From the NCBI GenBank assembly GCA_018400715.1, contig JAGYME010000001.1, forward strand, positions 44,940 to 108,939: 64,000 nucleotides of DNA. The letters are read 5' to 3'. Positions 9,235 to 19,119 of the stretch are shown in pieces. The translations under genes and the position numbers were made by a program. Position 1 is the stretch's first letter, and each line of letters opens with the position of its first letter. The notes under the pieces were generated by a model. The model saw only the letters and a program-made list of their open reading frames with translations, was not told where the DNA came from and ran no database searches. This DNA is from Candidatus Bipolaricaulota bacterium. GTDB lineage: Bacteria > Bipolaricaulota > Bipolaricaulia > M55B111.

Positions 9235-11133
9235 GTGAATTCAAACTTCACCAGGAAATTCGAAACTAGACTTGTTCTCACAGCTTTAGTTGTTGTGGCT
9301 TTGTTCGTGACGGTTTATACCCCTGATATTCCTCTTTACGGTCAAGAGGAAGGTGTTTGGGTGTTAACCGAGGTAATTGACCGCGACGGAGAAGAAAGGA
9401 ACAGGAAGTTTAACGAGGAACACGAGGAACTTCACTATGAGGTAAATTACTCTCGCGGTAGTTTCACGCAAAGGAGAACCTATACGGGAAAAACAAAGAG
9501 CATGCACCCTTACTCCGACGCAGTTCACGGCGAATCTACGACACATAAAGCCGAGTGGAGCAGTCCGCCCAAAATAATGAGGCCCGGGGAGAAATACCCG
9601 CTTGACTTCTACCTCGGCATGGTCGAGGACAATTCTTCGTATTACTGGCTGACTGCGTGGGCCGCCACCTGGTTTAACGGTACCAAGCTGGAAAAATCCT
9701 ACGCAAAGTTAAACCATAAAAACAACTGGCGTCCGACGGACGAAACCCTGATATTAGATCCACCTGAAGGACGGGCAGAGGGCCAAGAGCTCGAACTGGT
9801 GCTATCCTTGGCCAACACATGGATGAAAACCATCTACGTTTACGAGTGGATGAACGCCTCGGATGCGTCCAAAGTGGAAGACCCGGCGCCCTACGAAAAA
9901 CCGGGACAAGAAAAGCCGCAACAAGATACTACCCCGGCTCAGGAACTGGACTACGAGGTACCGAAGGACGAAAACGGAAACTACATCGATTCCGGGATCA
10001 GGTTCAGTAACCTCCACGGGGAGGTAATGATAAGGCGCGGTGACGACCCAATCGGTTGGGAATTTGCCCAGCTCGACATGGTTATCTACGAGGGAGATCG
10101 CATCCGGACGGAGCATAATAGCGGTGTGGAAATGACCCTGAGCGACCTGACCACTTTCAAGATGAAGCCCGAATCCGAAATTATTGTCAATACCGGCGCA
10201 AAGAAAAAAAACAAGATGGTAATGCTCGCCGGCAAGATCTGGACCAACGTAAAGCAGATGGTCACCGAAGGGACGATGGACGTCGAGATGTCGCAGGCGG
10301 TTGCCGGGATAAAAGGGACTACCTTTATCGTGGAAGAAACCGGTTCGGAATCGGTCCTGAAGGTAATCGAAGGTGAAGTAGAGCTTAAAACCAATACGGG
10401 AGACACAGTGCTTGTAGCTGATGGAGTGATGGCTACCGTAAAAGAGGGAGACCCGGCCCGGGTCGAGTCGTTCTCAATAGAAAAGGAACTTAACTCCTGG
10501 GATCTGGAAAACCAGGCCTGGCAAAGTGCTGAAGACAACAAGAAAGTATATCAAGGCAAGGGTGACCAGGTTTATGTAACTACCGAAGGCGACCTCTACC
10601 CGCTAGCTTCCGACGACTTCAGATACAGTGTTCTTGAAGGCTGGGAGACTGTAAACGGAACCTGGAAAAACCAAAATGGAAGGTTGGTACAGACCTCAAA
10701 TTACTATAAGAAGGGTGACCTAAAAGGTGGTACCTACGCCATCACCGGTTCCCCCAACTGGACAGACTATTCAGTCTCAGCACGAATCATGTCCGAAGAT
10801 GACGATAGAATTGGTCTCGTATTTAGATACATTGACTCCGATAACTTCTACATATTAAGCTGGGGAAAAAAGTCTAAAAGAGACCTTCTTTTTACCAAGG
10901 TAGTAAATGGGGAAACAACAGAACTCGTACGTAAAGAGCTCGGCTATGAAGAAGAACAATGGTACCAACTACAAGTAGACGTAGTCGGTAACGAGATGAG
11001 TGCATATATAGACAACAAAAAGGTATTCTCCGTTACAGATGACGATCTCACTCGGGGAATGGCGGGGCTATACTGCTGGGCCAATGAAGGTAGCTACTTT
11101 GACAATTTTGAAGTCAAGGAGGTAGCGCCTTAG
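9235..11133 (+). CDS. membrane-anchored FecR-domain protein with C-terminal DUF1080 (3-keto-disaccharide hydrolase-like jelly-roll) domain
   Basis: GTG start after AAGGAGGGG. N-terminal TM, a central FecR-like segment (GIKGTTFIVEETGSESVLKVIEGEVEL) and a C-terminal GWETVNGTW...LVFRYIDSDNFY segment. Confidence 0.65.
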   Translation: MNSNFTRKFETRLVLTALVVVALFVTVYTPDIPLYGQEEGVWVLTEVIDRDGEERNRKFNEEHEELHYEVNYSRGSFTQRRTYTGKTKSMHPYSDAVHGESTTHKAEWSSPPKIMRPGEKYPLDFYLGMVEDNSSYYWLTAWAATWFNGTKLEKSYAKLNHKNNWRPTDETLILDPPEGRAEGQELELVLSLANTWMKTIYVYEWMNASDASKVEDPAPYEKPGQEKPQQDTTPAQELDYEVPKDENGNYIDSGIRFSNLHGEVMIRRGDDPIGWEFAQLDMVIYEGDRIRTEHNSGVEMTLSDLTTFKMKPESEIIVNTGAKKKNKMVMLAGKIWTNVKQMVTEGTMDVEMSQAVAGIKGTTFIVEETGSESVLKVIEGEVELKTNTGDTVLVADGVMATVKEGDPARVESFSIEKELNSWDLENQAWQSAEDNKKVYQGKGDQVYVTTEGDLYPLASDDFRYSVLEGWETVNGTWKNQNGRLVQTSNYYKKGDLKGGTYAITGSPNWTDYSVSARIMSEDDDRIGLVFRYIDSDNFYILSWGKKSKRDLLFTKVVNGETTELVRKELGYEEEQWYQLQVDVVGNEMSAYIDNKKVFSVTDDDLTRGMAGLYCWANEGSYFDNFEVKEVAP

Positions 11134-12554
11134 ACTCCTCTTGATACAGGTTCCTCGCCGGTAGTTTCCTCGATGGTGCGCTCCTTCCAGGAACCGGTGA
11201 GGAACCAGGAGAAGGCCATGATGCCGACTACGAAGTTGCTAGTAAACAGCCCGAGCCAGATACCGTCCGTGCCCAGGCTGACCCCGATTATCCCGAAAGC
11301 GAGGATGTAGGAGACGCCCACCCGGAGGGGAAGCAGGCGGATCAGAGAGAGGACCATCGGTGGGCGGGTATGTCCCGAGCCCCTAAACACGGAACTGCTT
11401 AGCCGGAAGACGCCGAAAAACGGTATCGACCAGAGGAATATGCTGAGAAACCGTGAGCCGACCTCCACGACCGCGGGGTCGTCGATAAATACCCTGAACA
11501 AGGGTTGCCTAAACAGAAAGATGAGTAACGCCAACGTCAGCAGGACCGAGAAGGACAGCCCGTAGGCCCGCTTTGCGATCGAAGAGGCCCGGTCCCTGTT
11601 CTGCGCACCGATGTTTTGCCCGATCATGGTTGTCAACGGAGCGGCCAGACCCCAAATCGCGACGTTGAGCAACCTGATTATCCTCTGTCCGATGCCGTAA
11701 GCGGATACGGGGACGACCCCCAGTCGAGAGATCAGACCCATGAGGAGGATGGACCCAACGGCTGTCCCCGCCTGGCCGATGGCTGAAGGTAACCCGATTT
11801 TTACGATCTGCCTGACCCACCTTAATTTCAGCATCAGGTCCTTCACGCCGAGGTGGATCTCGATCTTCCCCGAAAACAACAGGTAAACGGCGACGAAGGA
11901 GGCCAATCCTCTGCTCAATACCGTGGCCAGAGCGGCTCCGGCGACGCCGAGCTCGGGGAAGAACCAGGGGCCGAAGATGAGAAGCGGGTCCAGGAACATG
12001 TTGGTGGCAACCGAGACGCCGGTGACGATCATCGGCGTGATCATGTCCCCAATCCCCCTTATGAGCGCGCGAAAGGCGAAGAAGGAGAACATCAGCGGAA
12101 GACCAGAGAATATTATTCTGATGTAGGTTAACGCCTTGGGAAATACGTCCTCGGGTACTCCCATGAGGACCCGCAGAAGGCCCGGCGCGACCCCGAAACC
12201 AATCGCCGACAGGACGACCGAACTGATGAACATGAAGGATAGGACCTGCCCAGCGGCTTTGTTTGCGTTTTCCTCGCTGCCGGCGCCGGTATGCTGTGAC
12301 ACGAGAGATACGCCCGCGATCGAAAAGCCGAACCCGAGGGAGATGAGGAGGAATACGACGGGGAAGCCGACCGTGGGGGCGGCGACCGCTACCTTGCCGA
12401 TTTTGCCCAGCCAGTAGGTATCCACCAGGTTATAGAGCATCTGGAGGGCGTTGGAAATTATTACCGGCCACCCGAGTAGTAATAAGGTCTTGATTATCGG
12501 CCCGTTCAGTATGTCGTCCTTCAGGCGGTCTACCCGCGTCCCTCTTTTTCTCAT
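11130..12554 (-). CDS. MATE-family efflux transporter
   Basis: 474 aa, 12 TM, N-terminus ...IIKTLLLLGWPVIISNALQMLYNLVDTYWLGKIG typical of MATE. Overlaps the upstream convergent gene by 4 nt. Confidence 0.85.
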   Translation of the reverse strand: MRKRGTRVDRLKDDILNGPIIKTLLLLGWPVIISNALQMLYNLVDTYWLGKIGKVAVAAPTVGFPVVFLLISLGFGFSIAGVSLVSQHTGAGSEENANKAAGQVLSFMFISSVVLSAIGFGVAPGLLRVLMGVPEDVFPKALTYIRIIFSGLPLMFSFFAFRALIRGIGDMITPMIVTGVSVATNMFLDPLLIFGPWFFPELGVAGAALATVLSRGLASFVAVYLLFSGKIEIHLGVKDLMLKLRWVRQIVKIGLPSAIGQAGTAVGSILLMGLISRLGVVPVSAYGIGQRIIRLLNVAIWGLAAPLTTMIGQNIGAQNRDRASSIAKRAYGLSFSVLLTLALLIFLFRQPLFRVFIDDPAVVEVGSRFLSIFLWSIPFFGVFRLSSSVFRGSGHTRPPMVLSLIRLLPLRVGVSYILAFGIIGVSLGTDGIWLGLFTSNFVVGIMAFSWFLTGSWKERTIEETTGEEPVSRGV

Positions 12555-12781
12555 TTTTCAGCTATCGCCGGCCAGAGCGGCCGAATTTGCCCTAACATAC
12601 CCCCTCGAATAGACTGGAAGAGTTGTTCATGCTAACATAATAAACATCGGGGACAAGCCCTCGTCCTTCAACAGCTGCTAACTACTTCTTCCTGAACGTT
12701 CGTAAGGTCCCGGAACTCTTTGCATATTTCGGTAAAGAGGTATAAACTGAACCGTAAAGGGCATGGATTTGGGGGTTAAAG

Positions 12782-13402
12782 ATGGGACTCACTACCGTGA
12801 TTGCTTTTGCCGTTTATGGAGTATGCTTTATCATCTACCACCACCTTTACCTCTTTATTACAGTGCGAAGTCCCTCCCTGACGAAGAAAGGACGGATCAA
12901 CGCCTGCTCTTTTTCCTGGTTGAAGCGGTCAATTGAGGAGAGTGAGTACCTCCTCGTCGTCCATCAAATACGAAATATCATCATGAGCATTACCTTCCTC
13001 GCCTCGACGAGCGTGCTGCTTATCGGGTTCCTGCTGGCTTATGTGCTGACGGAGGTCCCTGAGACAAACGGCCTTCTTCTGGTGGAGTCGATCGATTATC
13101 CCGGTTGGCTCACGTTCTTTACGCTTACTTATTCCTTCTTAAACCTCCTTCTCGCGCTCCGACACCTCAACAACCTGACCGTCCTGATTAGAAGTGACGT
13201 TGACAAGCTGGAAGAAATCGAAGATCGGTCTGCGCTAGAGTACCTGGAGAAACTCTATATGAAGGGAAGCCAGCGCTACATGCTGGGAAGGCGGGGGTTT
13301 CTTTACGCCATAGTCGTTCTCTTCTGGTACGTGAACGTCTGGGTATTTGTAGCGTTGATAGCCTTGATGACAGTTTCTCTATCTTATCAACACGATTTCT
13401 AG
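12782..13402 (+). CDS. hypothetical membrane protein (206 aa)
   Basis: 4-5 TM segments; no family recognised. Confidence 0.45.
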   Translation: MGLTTVIAFAVYGVCFIIYHHLYLFITVRSPSLTKKGRINACSFSWLKRSIEESEYLLVVHQIRNIIMSITFLASTSVLLIGFLLAYVLTEVPETNGLLLVESIDYPGWLTFFTLTYSFLNLLLALRHLNNLTVLIRSDVDKLEEIEDRSALEYLEKLYMKGSQRYMLGRRGFLYAIVVLFWYVNVWVFVALIALMTVSLSYQHDF

Positions 13403-13427
13403 CCCCGTTAACGCCGTAGAGTCAACT

Positions 13428-13974
13428 TTATCCATCTCCGGAGGCCTTTACGATCGGGAGGATTTGTTTGAACTCGTCTGTGCCGGCTTCCCCGAGGAGT
13501 TCGTATATCGCCATTTCGGTCGACGTAATAGTGACCCCCGCGTCCCGACAGCGCTCTATCCCCAGGTCCGCGTCACGGCGTGAGCGTGAGGAGGTCGCGT
13601 CGGCAACGACCTGTGGTTTATAGTCCTCCAGTGCGGTGATCGCGGTCTGGGCGACACAGATGTGGGTTTCTATCCCAGTTAACAAAATGGTCCTTTTCCC
13701 CAGGGACTGTACTGCCTTGGCGAACGTTTCGTTCCGGAAGCAGTCGAAGCTCCTCTTCACAATCGGGTCCGGCAGGTCGGGGAGGTCCTCGACCGTGTTA
13801 CCCAGCTTCTTCTGCTCCGTCACCAGTAGGGGAACGTCGAGGATATTCGCCGTCCTGATCAACTTACGCGTATTTTCCAAAACCGAATCTCCGCCTTGAA
13901 TGGCGGGAAGTAGCCGGGACTGCATATCGATAACCAGGAGGAGGACGTCCTCTCTCTTCATAAGCCTACTTTTT
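13428..13974 (-). CDS. isochorismatase-family cysteine hydrolase
   Basis: LLLVIDMQ...ICVAQTA catalytic-triad context. Start chosen at the ATG (MDRKKSRLMKRE) with GGAGGT 6 nt upstream. The longer ORF start at 14114 is rejected. Confidence 0.8.
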
Positions 13975-14550
13975 TTACGGTCCATGTCGTTACCTCCATG
14001 ACTAAAGATTCCAGTACTTTGATTGGATCTTCTTGACTTCCTCGGGAACCTCCCCGTTTCTGATAATGACCTGGGGCGCAAATTCATCGGCAACGGGAAC
14101 AATGATTTCGCCAAAGACTACCCTGTAAGATTCATCTCCCGAGCCGGCTTGAAGGGTTACATTTACCGTGTACCCTTCTCCATATCCCTGGCCAACCTCG
14201 TCAGCAAAACCGGTGCCCGAGGCCAAAGTCGTCCTCGCTCAATTATTCCCAGTAGAAGATGGGGATTTTATCTCCGTCCGTGAATTTCCTTCTGCTGGTT
14301 ACAGCTCTCTCCATCCTGTTTAACCTCAGTATATATTTTAGAATTATCGTTTATAAGGAATTTCACCTATTAGGGATTACAAATTAATTAGGTAAATGAT
14401 AACCGCTATAGCCTAGATTAGAAAGTAACGTCAATTGGGCTCGCTAAAGGGAACTACGAGGTGAGGGTCCTCCCGGGTATAAGCTAAGGACCCTCGCTCG
14501 TTCCTTTCTCCCTCGCGCAAAAATCTGTATCATATAGAAGACAGGAGGTC

Positions 14551-14646
14551 ATGATGAGTTTAACAGTCCGTCATTTACGCGTAAATTTAAGAGACACTTA
14601 TACCTTATTGTTAAAGGGGACAACCGGGCAGGGTGGTCTCAGCTAG
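14551..14646 (+). CDS. 31-aa upstream ORF / leader peptide (MMSLTVRHLRVNLRDTYTLLLKGTTGQGGLS) abutting the FGGY kinase start
   Basis: Strong AGGAGGT 4 nt before the ATG. Its stop lies 3 nt before the kinase ATG at 14649. Confidence 0.3.
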   Translation: MMSLTVRHLRVNLRDTYTLLLKGTTGQGGLS

Positions 14647-14648
14647 CA

Positions 14649-16133
14649 ATGGATAAACAGCTATTATTAGGGATTGACGTGGGCACGACGAACATCAAGG
14701 TCGCCCTGTTTACAGCCGAGGGCGGGGAACTGGTCAACAGGGTCGCGGCCCCGACGCCGTGGTACCACCCGCAGGAATCACGGACCGAATGCAGGACGGA
14801 GGACCTATGGGAGAGGCTTAGCGAATTGATCAGAGAATGCTTAGAGCCAGTGGACCCGGGAGACTTGAAGGCCCTCTCCGTAACGGGCGTAGGGGAATCC
14901 GGAGTCCCGCTTAACTCCTCTGGAGAACCGTTGTACAACGTAATCTATTGGAGGGACCCCCGCTCCGTCCCGCAGTACGAAGAAATCGTCCGAGGCGTGG
15001 GAAGGGAGAAGTTGCGGAAGGTTACCGGTCTTAACCCCGCCCACATATTCACGTTAAACAAGTTCAAGTGGTTTCAGGAGGAAAGGCCGAAGCTCTTCTC
15101 CCAGCTGGATACCTGGCTTGACATCCCCGGCTGGGTCGTCTACAAGCTGACCGGAGAAAAGGTCATGGACTACTCGGAGGCGAGCCGGACGATGTGCCTT
15201 GATATCTGGAAGAAGGACTGGTCTGAAGAAATTGCGGACGAGTTGGGACTCTCCTTCGACTTCTTGCCCGACCTCGCCCCCGCAGGAACGCCCGTCGGAG
15301 GACCGCGTCCGGAGGTGGCTAGGGAAACTGGCCTGCCGGATGGAGTAACGGTTACCGTGGGAGCCCACGACCACATAGCGGCGGCCTACGGCCTGGGAAT
15401 TACCGGCGGTGAGGAGGTCCTTGGTTCCATGGGGACGACCGATTCCTTGCTTCTGGTGGGGTCAGGAGAGGACTTTTCTGGGCACCTGGATTGCCAGAGC
15501 ATGAACGTTGGCTGTCACATCACGTCGGAAGAGTACTACGGCCTTCTGGCGATACCCCAGGCGGGGGGACTGCTGGACTGGCTGATAAAGGACGTCCGGG
15601 GGTACCGGCTGGATAAAGGGTCACTCGAAGCTAGGGACGATGTCTATTCGTCGATACTGGATGAAGCTGCCACTCTTCCGCCACAGCTGGATAGGGGGCT
15701 TCTCGTTTCACCTACTGACGGCGCAAACGGAAACTCGGTCTTCACCGGAATATCGGCCGAGGTCACCCTACCACAGTTGACGCGTTCGCTGCTCGAAGGT
15801 CTCGCCTGTGAGTTAAGGTGGTTGCTGGACGGTTACCGCGGGGACCTATGGGACCGCGCCGACCGGTTAGTAGCCGTCGGTGGGGGCGCGAGAAACGACC
15901 TGTGGTTAAAGATCAAGTCCTGCGTACTCGACAAGCCGATTTCCGTTCCCAACACGCTCGACCTGACTACGTTTGGGGCCGCCATTCGGGCGGGAACGGG
16001 GACCGGGATCTGTCAGGACCCACGAGAAGTCGGGTACGGAGTCGTGGAAGAGGAACGCAGGGTCGAGCCCGACCCCGAGTGCGTTGCTGACTATATGAAG
16101 CAGTACGAGGTTTACGTTGAGCGGTTTAAGTGA
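14649..16133 (+). CDS. FGGY-family carbohydrate kinase (xylulokinase/glycerol-kinase-like)
   Basis: N-terminal LLGIDVGTTNIKVALF; 494 aa. Confidence 0.85.
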   Translation: MDKQLLLGIDVGTTNIKVALFTAEGGELVNRVAAPTPWYHPQESRTECRTEDLWERLSELIRECLEPVDPGDLKALSVTGVGESGVPLNSSGEPLYNVIYWRDPRSVPQYEEIVRGVGREKLRKVTGLNPAHIFTLNKFKWFQEERPKLFSQLDTWLDIPGWVVYKLTGEKVMDYSEASRTMCLDIWKKDWSEEIADELGLSFDFLPDLAPAGTPVGGPRPEVARETGLPDGVTVTVGAHDHIAAAYGLGITGGEEVLGSMGTTDSLLLVGSGEDFSGHLDCQSMNVGCHITSEEYYGLLAIPQAGGLLDWLIKDVRGYRLDKGSLEARDDVYSSILDEAATLPPQLDRGLLVSPTDGANGNSVFTGISAEVTLPQLTRSLLEGLACELRWLLDGYRGDLWDRADRLVAVGGGARNDLWLKIKSCVLDKPISVPNTLDLTTFGAAIRAGTGTGICQDPREVGYGVVEEERRVEPDPECVADYMKQYEVYVERFK

Positions 16134-16177
16134 GTTGCAATAAAATTTCACAGGGCAGCTGACGTAATGGAGGCCTG

Positions 16178-16558
16178 ATGAAGAAAACAGCGTATTTGGT
16201 TACCGTTACCCTTCTACTTGTCATCCTGATAGGTGGTCTATATTTGCAAAGGCGGGCGCCGGACGTGGTCCGTGATTCTGACCTGTGTGGTTACGACGAG
16301 CCGAATCAGGAGATTACGGAAGAGATACACCGGTTTGGCGACTTCCGCCTTGAAACCGGCGAGGTCTTCTCCCTGGTCAGGGCAGGCGACCCCGACAGGA
16401 CGGTGTTTAGGTTTAACCCCGGAAACTTCATCGGCGCCGCTCGGGCTGGCCACTTAGTAAGTGATAACGCCGGGTCCTTCAAGATCGACCAGAAAATTAC
16501 CCAGTCCTACCGGATCGAGGAGTGGCGGTTGTCGACTTTCTCGTCAGGCCGGTGGTGA
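16178..16558 (+). CDS. hypothetical membrane-anchored protein (126 aa); may be a non-functional ORF in a decayed region
   Basis: N-terminal TM; overlaps the GH31 remnant in another frame. Confidence 0.3.
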   Translation: MKKTAYLVTVTLLLVILIGGLYLQRRAPDVVRDSDLCGYDEPNQEITEEIHRFGDFRLETGEVFSLVRAGDPDRTVFRFNPGNFIGAARAGHLVSDNAGSFKIDQKITQSYRIEEWRLSTFSSGRW

Positions 16559-16752
16559 GCAAGGGCGTAGAAAGTGTCTCCTTATACCTGCCAAGTGGGT
16601 ACTGGGTCCACCTCTGGTCGGGAGAGGAGTTCTCCGGGGGGAGATCCGTTCGGGTTGATGCGCCGGTGGGGGAACCTCCCGTCTTCTACCGGGCGGACTC
16701 GGAAGTCGCCAGGAGCGTCGTTGAGAATCTCAAAGCGGAGGACCTAGTCTAG
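16465..16752 (+). pseudogene. remnant of a GH31 alpha-glucosidase/alpha-xylosidase gene (about 90 codons)
   Basis: VDFLVRPVVSKGVESVSLYLPSGYWVHLWSGEEFSGGRSVRVDAPVGEPPVFYRADSEV matches the conserved GH31 block LLVAPV...VYLPxGxWxDxWTGE...GGxxxxVDAPLxxIPLFVRxGS. The catalytic domain is absent upstream, where the FGGY kinase ends at 16133. Confidence 0.6.
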
Positions 16753-16898
16753 ACAAGCTGGTGTCATGATTTGTGGGTCCCCCGTTCACAATATATAATA
16801 AAGTTGGTTAGTAAACCCCTTTAAGCCTAGCGTACAACCGGTGAAAGGTCTTAGCCAGTGGGGATTAGGGGTACCGTCAACAAACCGGAGGTGTAGAT

Positions 16899-17918
16899 AT
16901 GAAGGACACCACAGGAGTACAGACGGCAAGGTGGGGAATCATGGGCACGGGGAACATCGCTCGGAAAGCTATGGTCCCCGCGATCAAAGAGTCGAGGGAA
17001 TGCGAGCTTCACGCGATCGCTTCGAGAAACATCGATCGGGCGAGGGCTTTTGCTGATGAGCACAAAATTCCCAGAGTCTACGGTTCATATCGCGACCTGC
17101 TGAAGGACCCCGACGTCGAGTTCGTGTATCTTCCCCTGCCCAACCACATCCATCACAAGTGGGTCGTCGACTGCGCGAAAAAAGGGAAGAACGTCCTCTG
17201 TGAAAAACCGATCGCGGTTAAGCCCGAGCAGGTAGAGGACATAATCGAGGTGGCCGGGGATTACGGCGTGACCGTGATGGAAGGGTTTATGTACAGGTTT
17301 CACCCGCAGACTCTGAGGGTAAAGGAGATGCTCGAGGAGGGGGAGATCGGCGACCCGGCTCTCTTCCGCGGCTGGTTTTCTTTTCCTTTAGCCTACCAGG
17401 ACAGGGAGGACGACATCAGGTGGAAGGAAGAAATGGGCGGAGGGAGTCTATTCGACCTGGGCACCTATCTGGTCAATACCGCCCGTTACACACTGGGTGA
17501 CGAGCCGACTGAGGTCTGGGCTGAACAGAGTTTTCATCCCGACCACAGCGCCGAGGCCGAGACGCGGGCGGTCCTTAAATTTCCCGGTGGCAGGACGGCA
17601 ATCATCGATTCCAGCTTCCGCCTCAACTACCAAGCGGCCTACGAGCTGGCGAGCGGTCGGGGGCGAATACGGGCCGAGAACGCATACAACCCTGGAAGGG
17701 GAACGGACGTGACGGTAGAGCTGACGAGCGACGGGGTCAGGAGGATGGAATCCTTCGGCAGGGTAAACGAGTACAGGAGGGAGGCCGAACATCTGGTTTC
17801 ATGTGCGAGAGACGGATCGACCCCGATGGTATCCCTGCAAGATAGTCTGAATAATACCCGGGTCCTAAAAGCTATTCGCCTGTCCGCCCGCCACGACAAG
17901 TGGATAAGCGTAAAGTAA
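16899..17918 (+). CDS. Gfo/Idh/MocA-family NAD(P)-dependent oxidoreductase
   Basis: WGIMGTGNIARKAMVPAI...EKP Rossmann motif with a GGAGGTG RBS. Confidence 0.85.
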   Translation: MKDTTGVQTARWGIMGTGNIARKAMVPAIKESRECELHAIASRNIDRARAFADEHKIPRVYGSYRDLLKDPDVEFVYLPLPNHIHHKWVVDCAKKGKNVLCEKPIAVKPEQVEDIIEVAGDYGVTVMEGFMYRFHPQTLRVKEMLEEGEIGDPALFRGWFSFPLAYQDREDDIRWKEEMGGGSLFDLGTYLVNTARYTLGDEPTEVWAEQSFHPDHSAEAETRAVLKFPGGRTAIIDSSFRLNYQAAYELASGRGRIRAENAYNPGRGTDVTVELTSDGVRRMESFGRVNEYRREAEHLVSCARDGSTPMVSLQDSLNNTRVLKAIRLSARHDKWISVK

Positions 17919-18021
17919 GATCCCCACGTTCCGTAGATGGCTCACGGGGTCGGGATTGACGTTGGTGTTCTGTCAGTTAAAATTTGAAATAACCTATCAC
18001 TCGCGCACGAGGTGAGCCGAA

Positions 18022-18504
18022 TTGGTTGAACTGAATACTAACTTGCCCCTACTAACCGAAGAGGGCCACGAAAGGATCTCAAAGAAAATGGAGAGGGTGC
18101 AGGAAAAGATTAAGAAGGCCAGGGAAGATATGAGCAGGACGGCAGAGAATGGAGATTTTAGCGAAAACGCCGGCTACATGGCGGCAAAGGAGTCGTATCA
18201 GTCGAACCGCAACCGACTTAACAAACTTGAGGATATCCTGGGAGGGGCGAGAGTGGTAAGCCCCGACGAGATAGATGCTGACAGGGTAGGATTTGGGACT
18301 ACGGTTACCGTAAAAAACCTGGACAGGGATAAGGAGTTTACGTACAGGATAGTCGGCAAGCACGAAGCGAGGTTCGAGAAGGGAGAGATCTCTGTCGAAT
18401 CGCCTGTAGCCAAGGGGTTGATGGACAGTAAGCCGGGAGACGTTGTTGAAATAGATACCCCAAGAGGAAAGACGAAGTACGAAGTCGTGGAAGTCACCAC
18501 ATAG
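18022..18504 (+). CDS. greA: transcription elongation factor GreA
   Basis: GDFSENAGYMAAKESYQSNRNRLNKLEDIL coiled-coil region plus an FKBP-like C-terminal domain. TTG start 6 nt after GAGGTGA. Confidence 0.8.
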   Translation: MVELNTNLPLLTEEGHERISKKMERVQEKIKKAREDMSRTAENGDFSENAGYMAAKESYQSNRNRLNKLEDILGGARVVSPDEIDADRVGFGTTVTVKNLDRDKEFTYRIVGKHEARFEKGEISVESPVAKGLMDSKPGDVVEIDTPRGKTKYEVVEVTT

Positions 18505-18562
18505 CAAGGAATTGTCATCCTAGTGGGATAAATCGTTAACTCTTGATTGTGGACGTTTGTCG

Positions 18563-18598
18563 GGGCTGGGCGGTTAACCCGGCCCCAGTTTACTGGAG
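18563..18598 (+). terminator. putative terminator hairpin GGGGCTGGGCGG-TTAA-CCCGGCCCC after greA
   Basis: GC-rich inverted repeat, but the downstream U-tract is weak. Confidence 0.35.
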
Positions 18599-18759
18599 AT
18601 GTTTCGGAAATAGTCTATCTTCCCACCGATTACCTTATTTGCCATTTGCCCGGCTTTTCAGTTTTTCATAATTTTGGTCAATAAGAAAAAGACATCCTTA
18701 GTTGGAATTAGTTGAAGTAGAGGTATCGTAGTGGCTTATAGACTTTTAAGGTGATAATC

Positions 18760-19071
18760 GTGGCGAATGAATCCGACTTAAACGATTTTGACGATTTAAG
18801 AAAAAAGGTACAGAACGTGAACGTCCCCGGGGAGGTTAACCTGGAGAAACTTTTTCCGGTGGGGTTCATGGCCGAGTATACCGATTACGAGATTATCGAG
18901 GATTTCCTGAAGGAGGGCAATTTGGACTCGGGCGAGGAAGACCTGTCCGAAAGACTCCTCAGGGACGACTGGGACGAGTTCGTCAGAGAAAATTCCGTGT
19001 TTAGCTCCTGGAAGGAGATGCTCGCCAAGGGTGGAGAGATCTGGATGGAGAGAAAGCTTTCCGACGGTTGA
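18760..19071 (+). CDS. small acidic hypothetical protein (about 104 aa)
   Basis: AAGGTGA RBS then GTG; very acidic (many D/E); no family recognised. Confidence 0.45.
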   Translation: MANESDLNDFDDLRKKVQNVNVPGEVNLEKLFPVGFMAEYTDYEIIEDFLKEGNLDSGEEDLSERLLRDDWDEFVRENSVFSSWKEMLAKGGEIWMERKLSDG

Positions 19072-19119
19072 ATTGGAGATTGAAACCCACTAATAAAGGT
19101 TGTAGGTTATAATTTTAAC

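Noticed and set aside
14002-14226. 74-aa ORF (TTG start) on the minus strand next to the isochorismatase gene
   Set aside because: Only a TTG start is available, with no RBS, in a region where the isochorismatase gene's true start (ATG with GGAGGT) lies at 13974. No family resemblance.
16178-16752. Possibility that 16178-16558 plus 16522-16752 form one intact frameshifted GH31 gene
   Set aside because: Only about 90 codons match GH31, the conserved C-terminal block. The catalytic domain of more than 400 aa has no room upstream, where the FGGY kinase ends at 16133. It is treated as a remnant.
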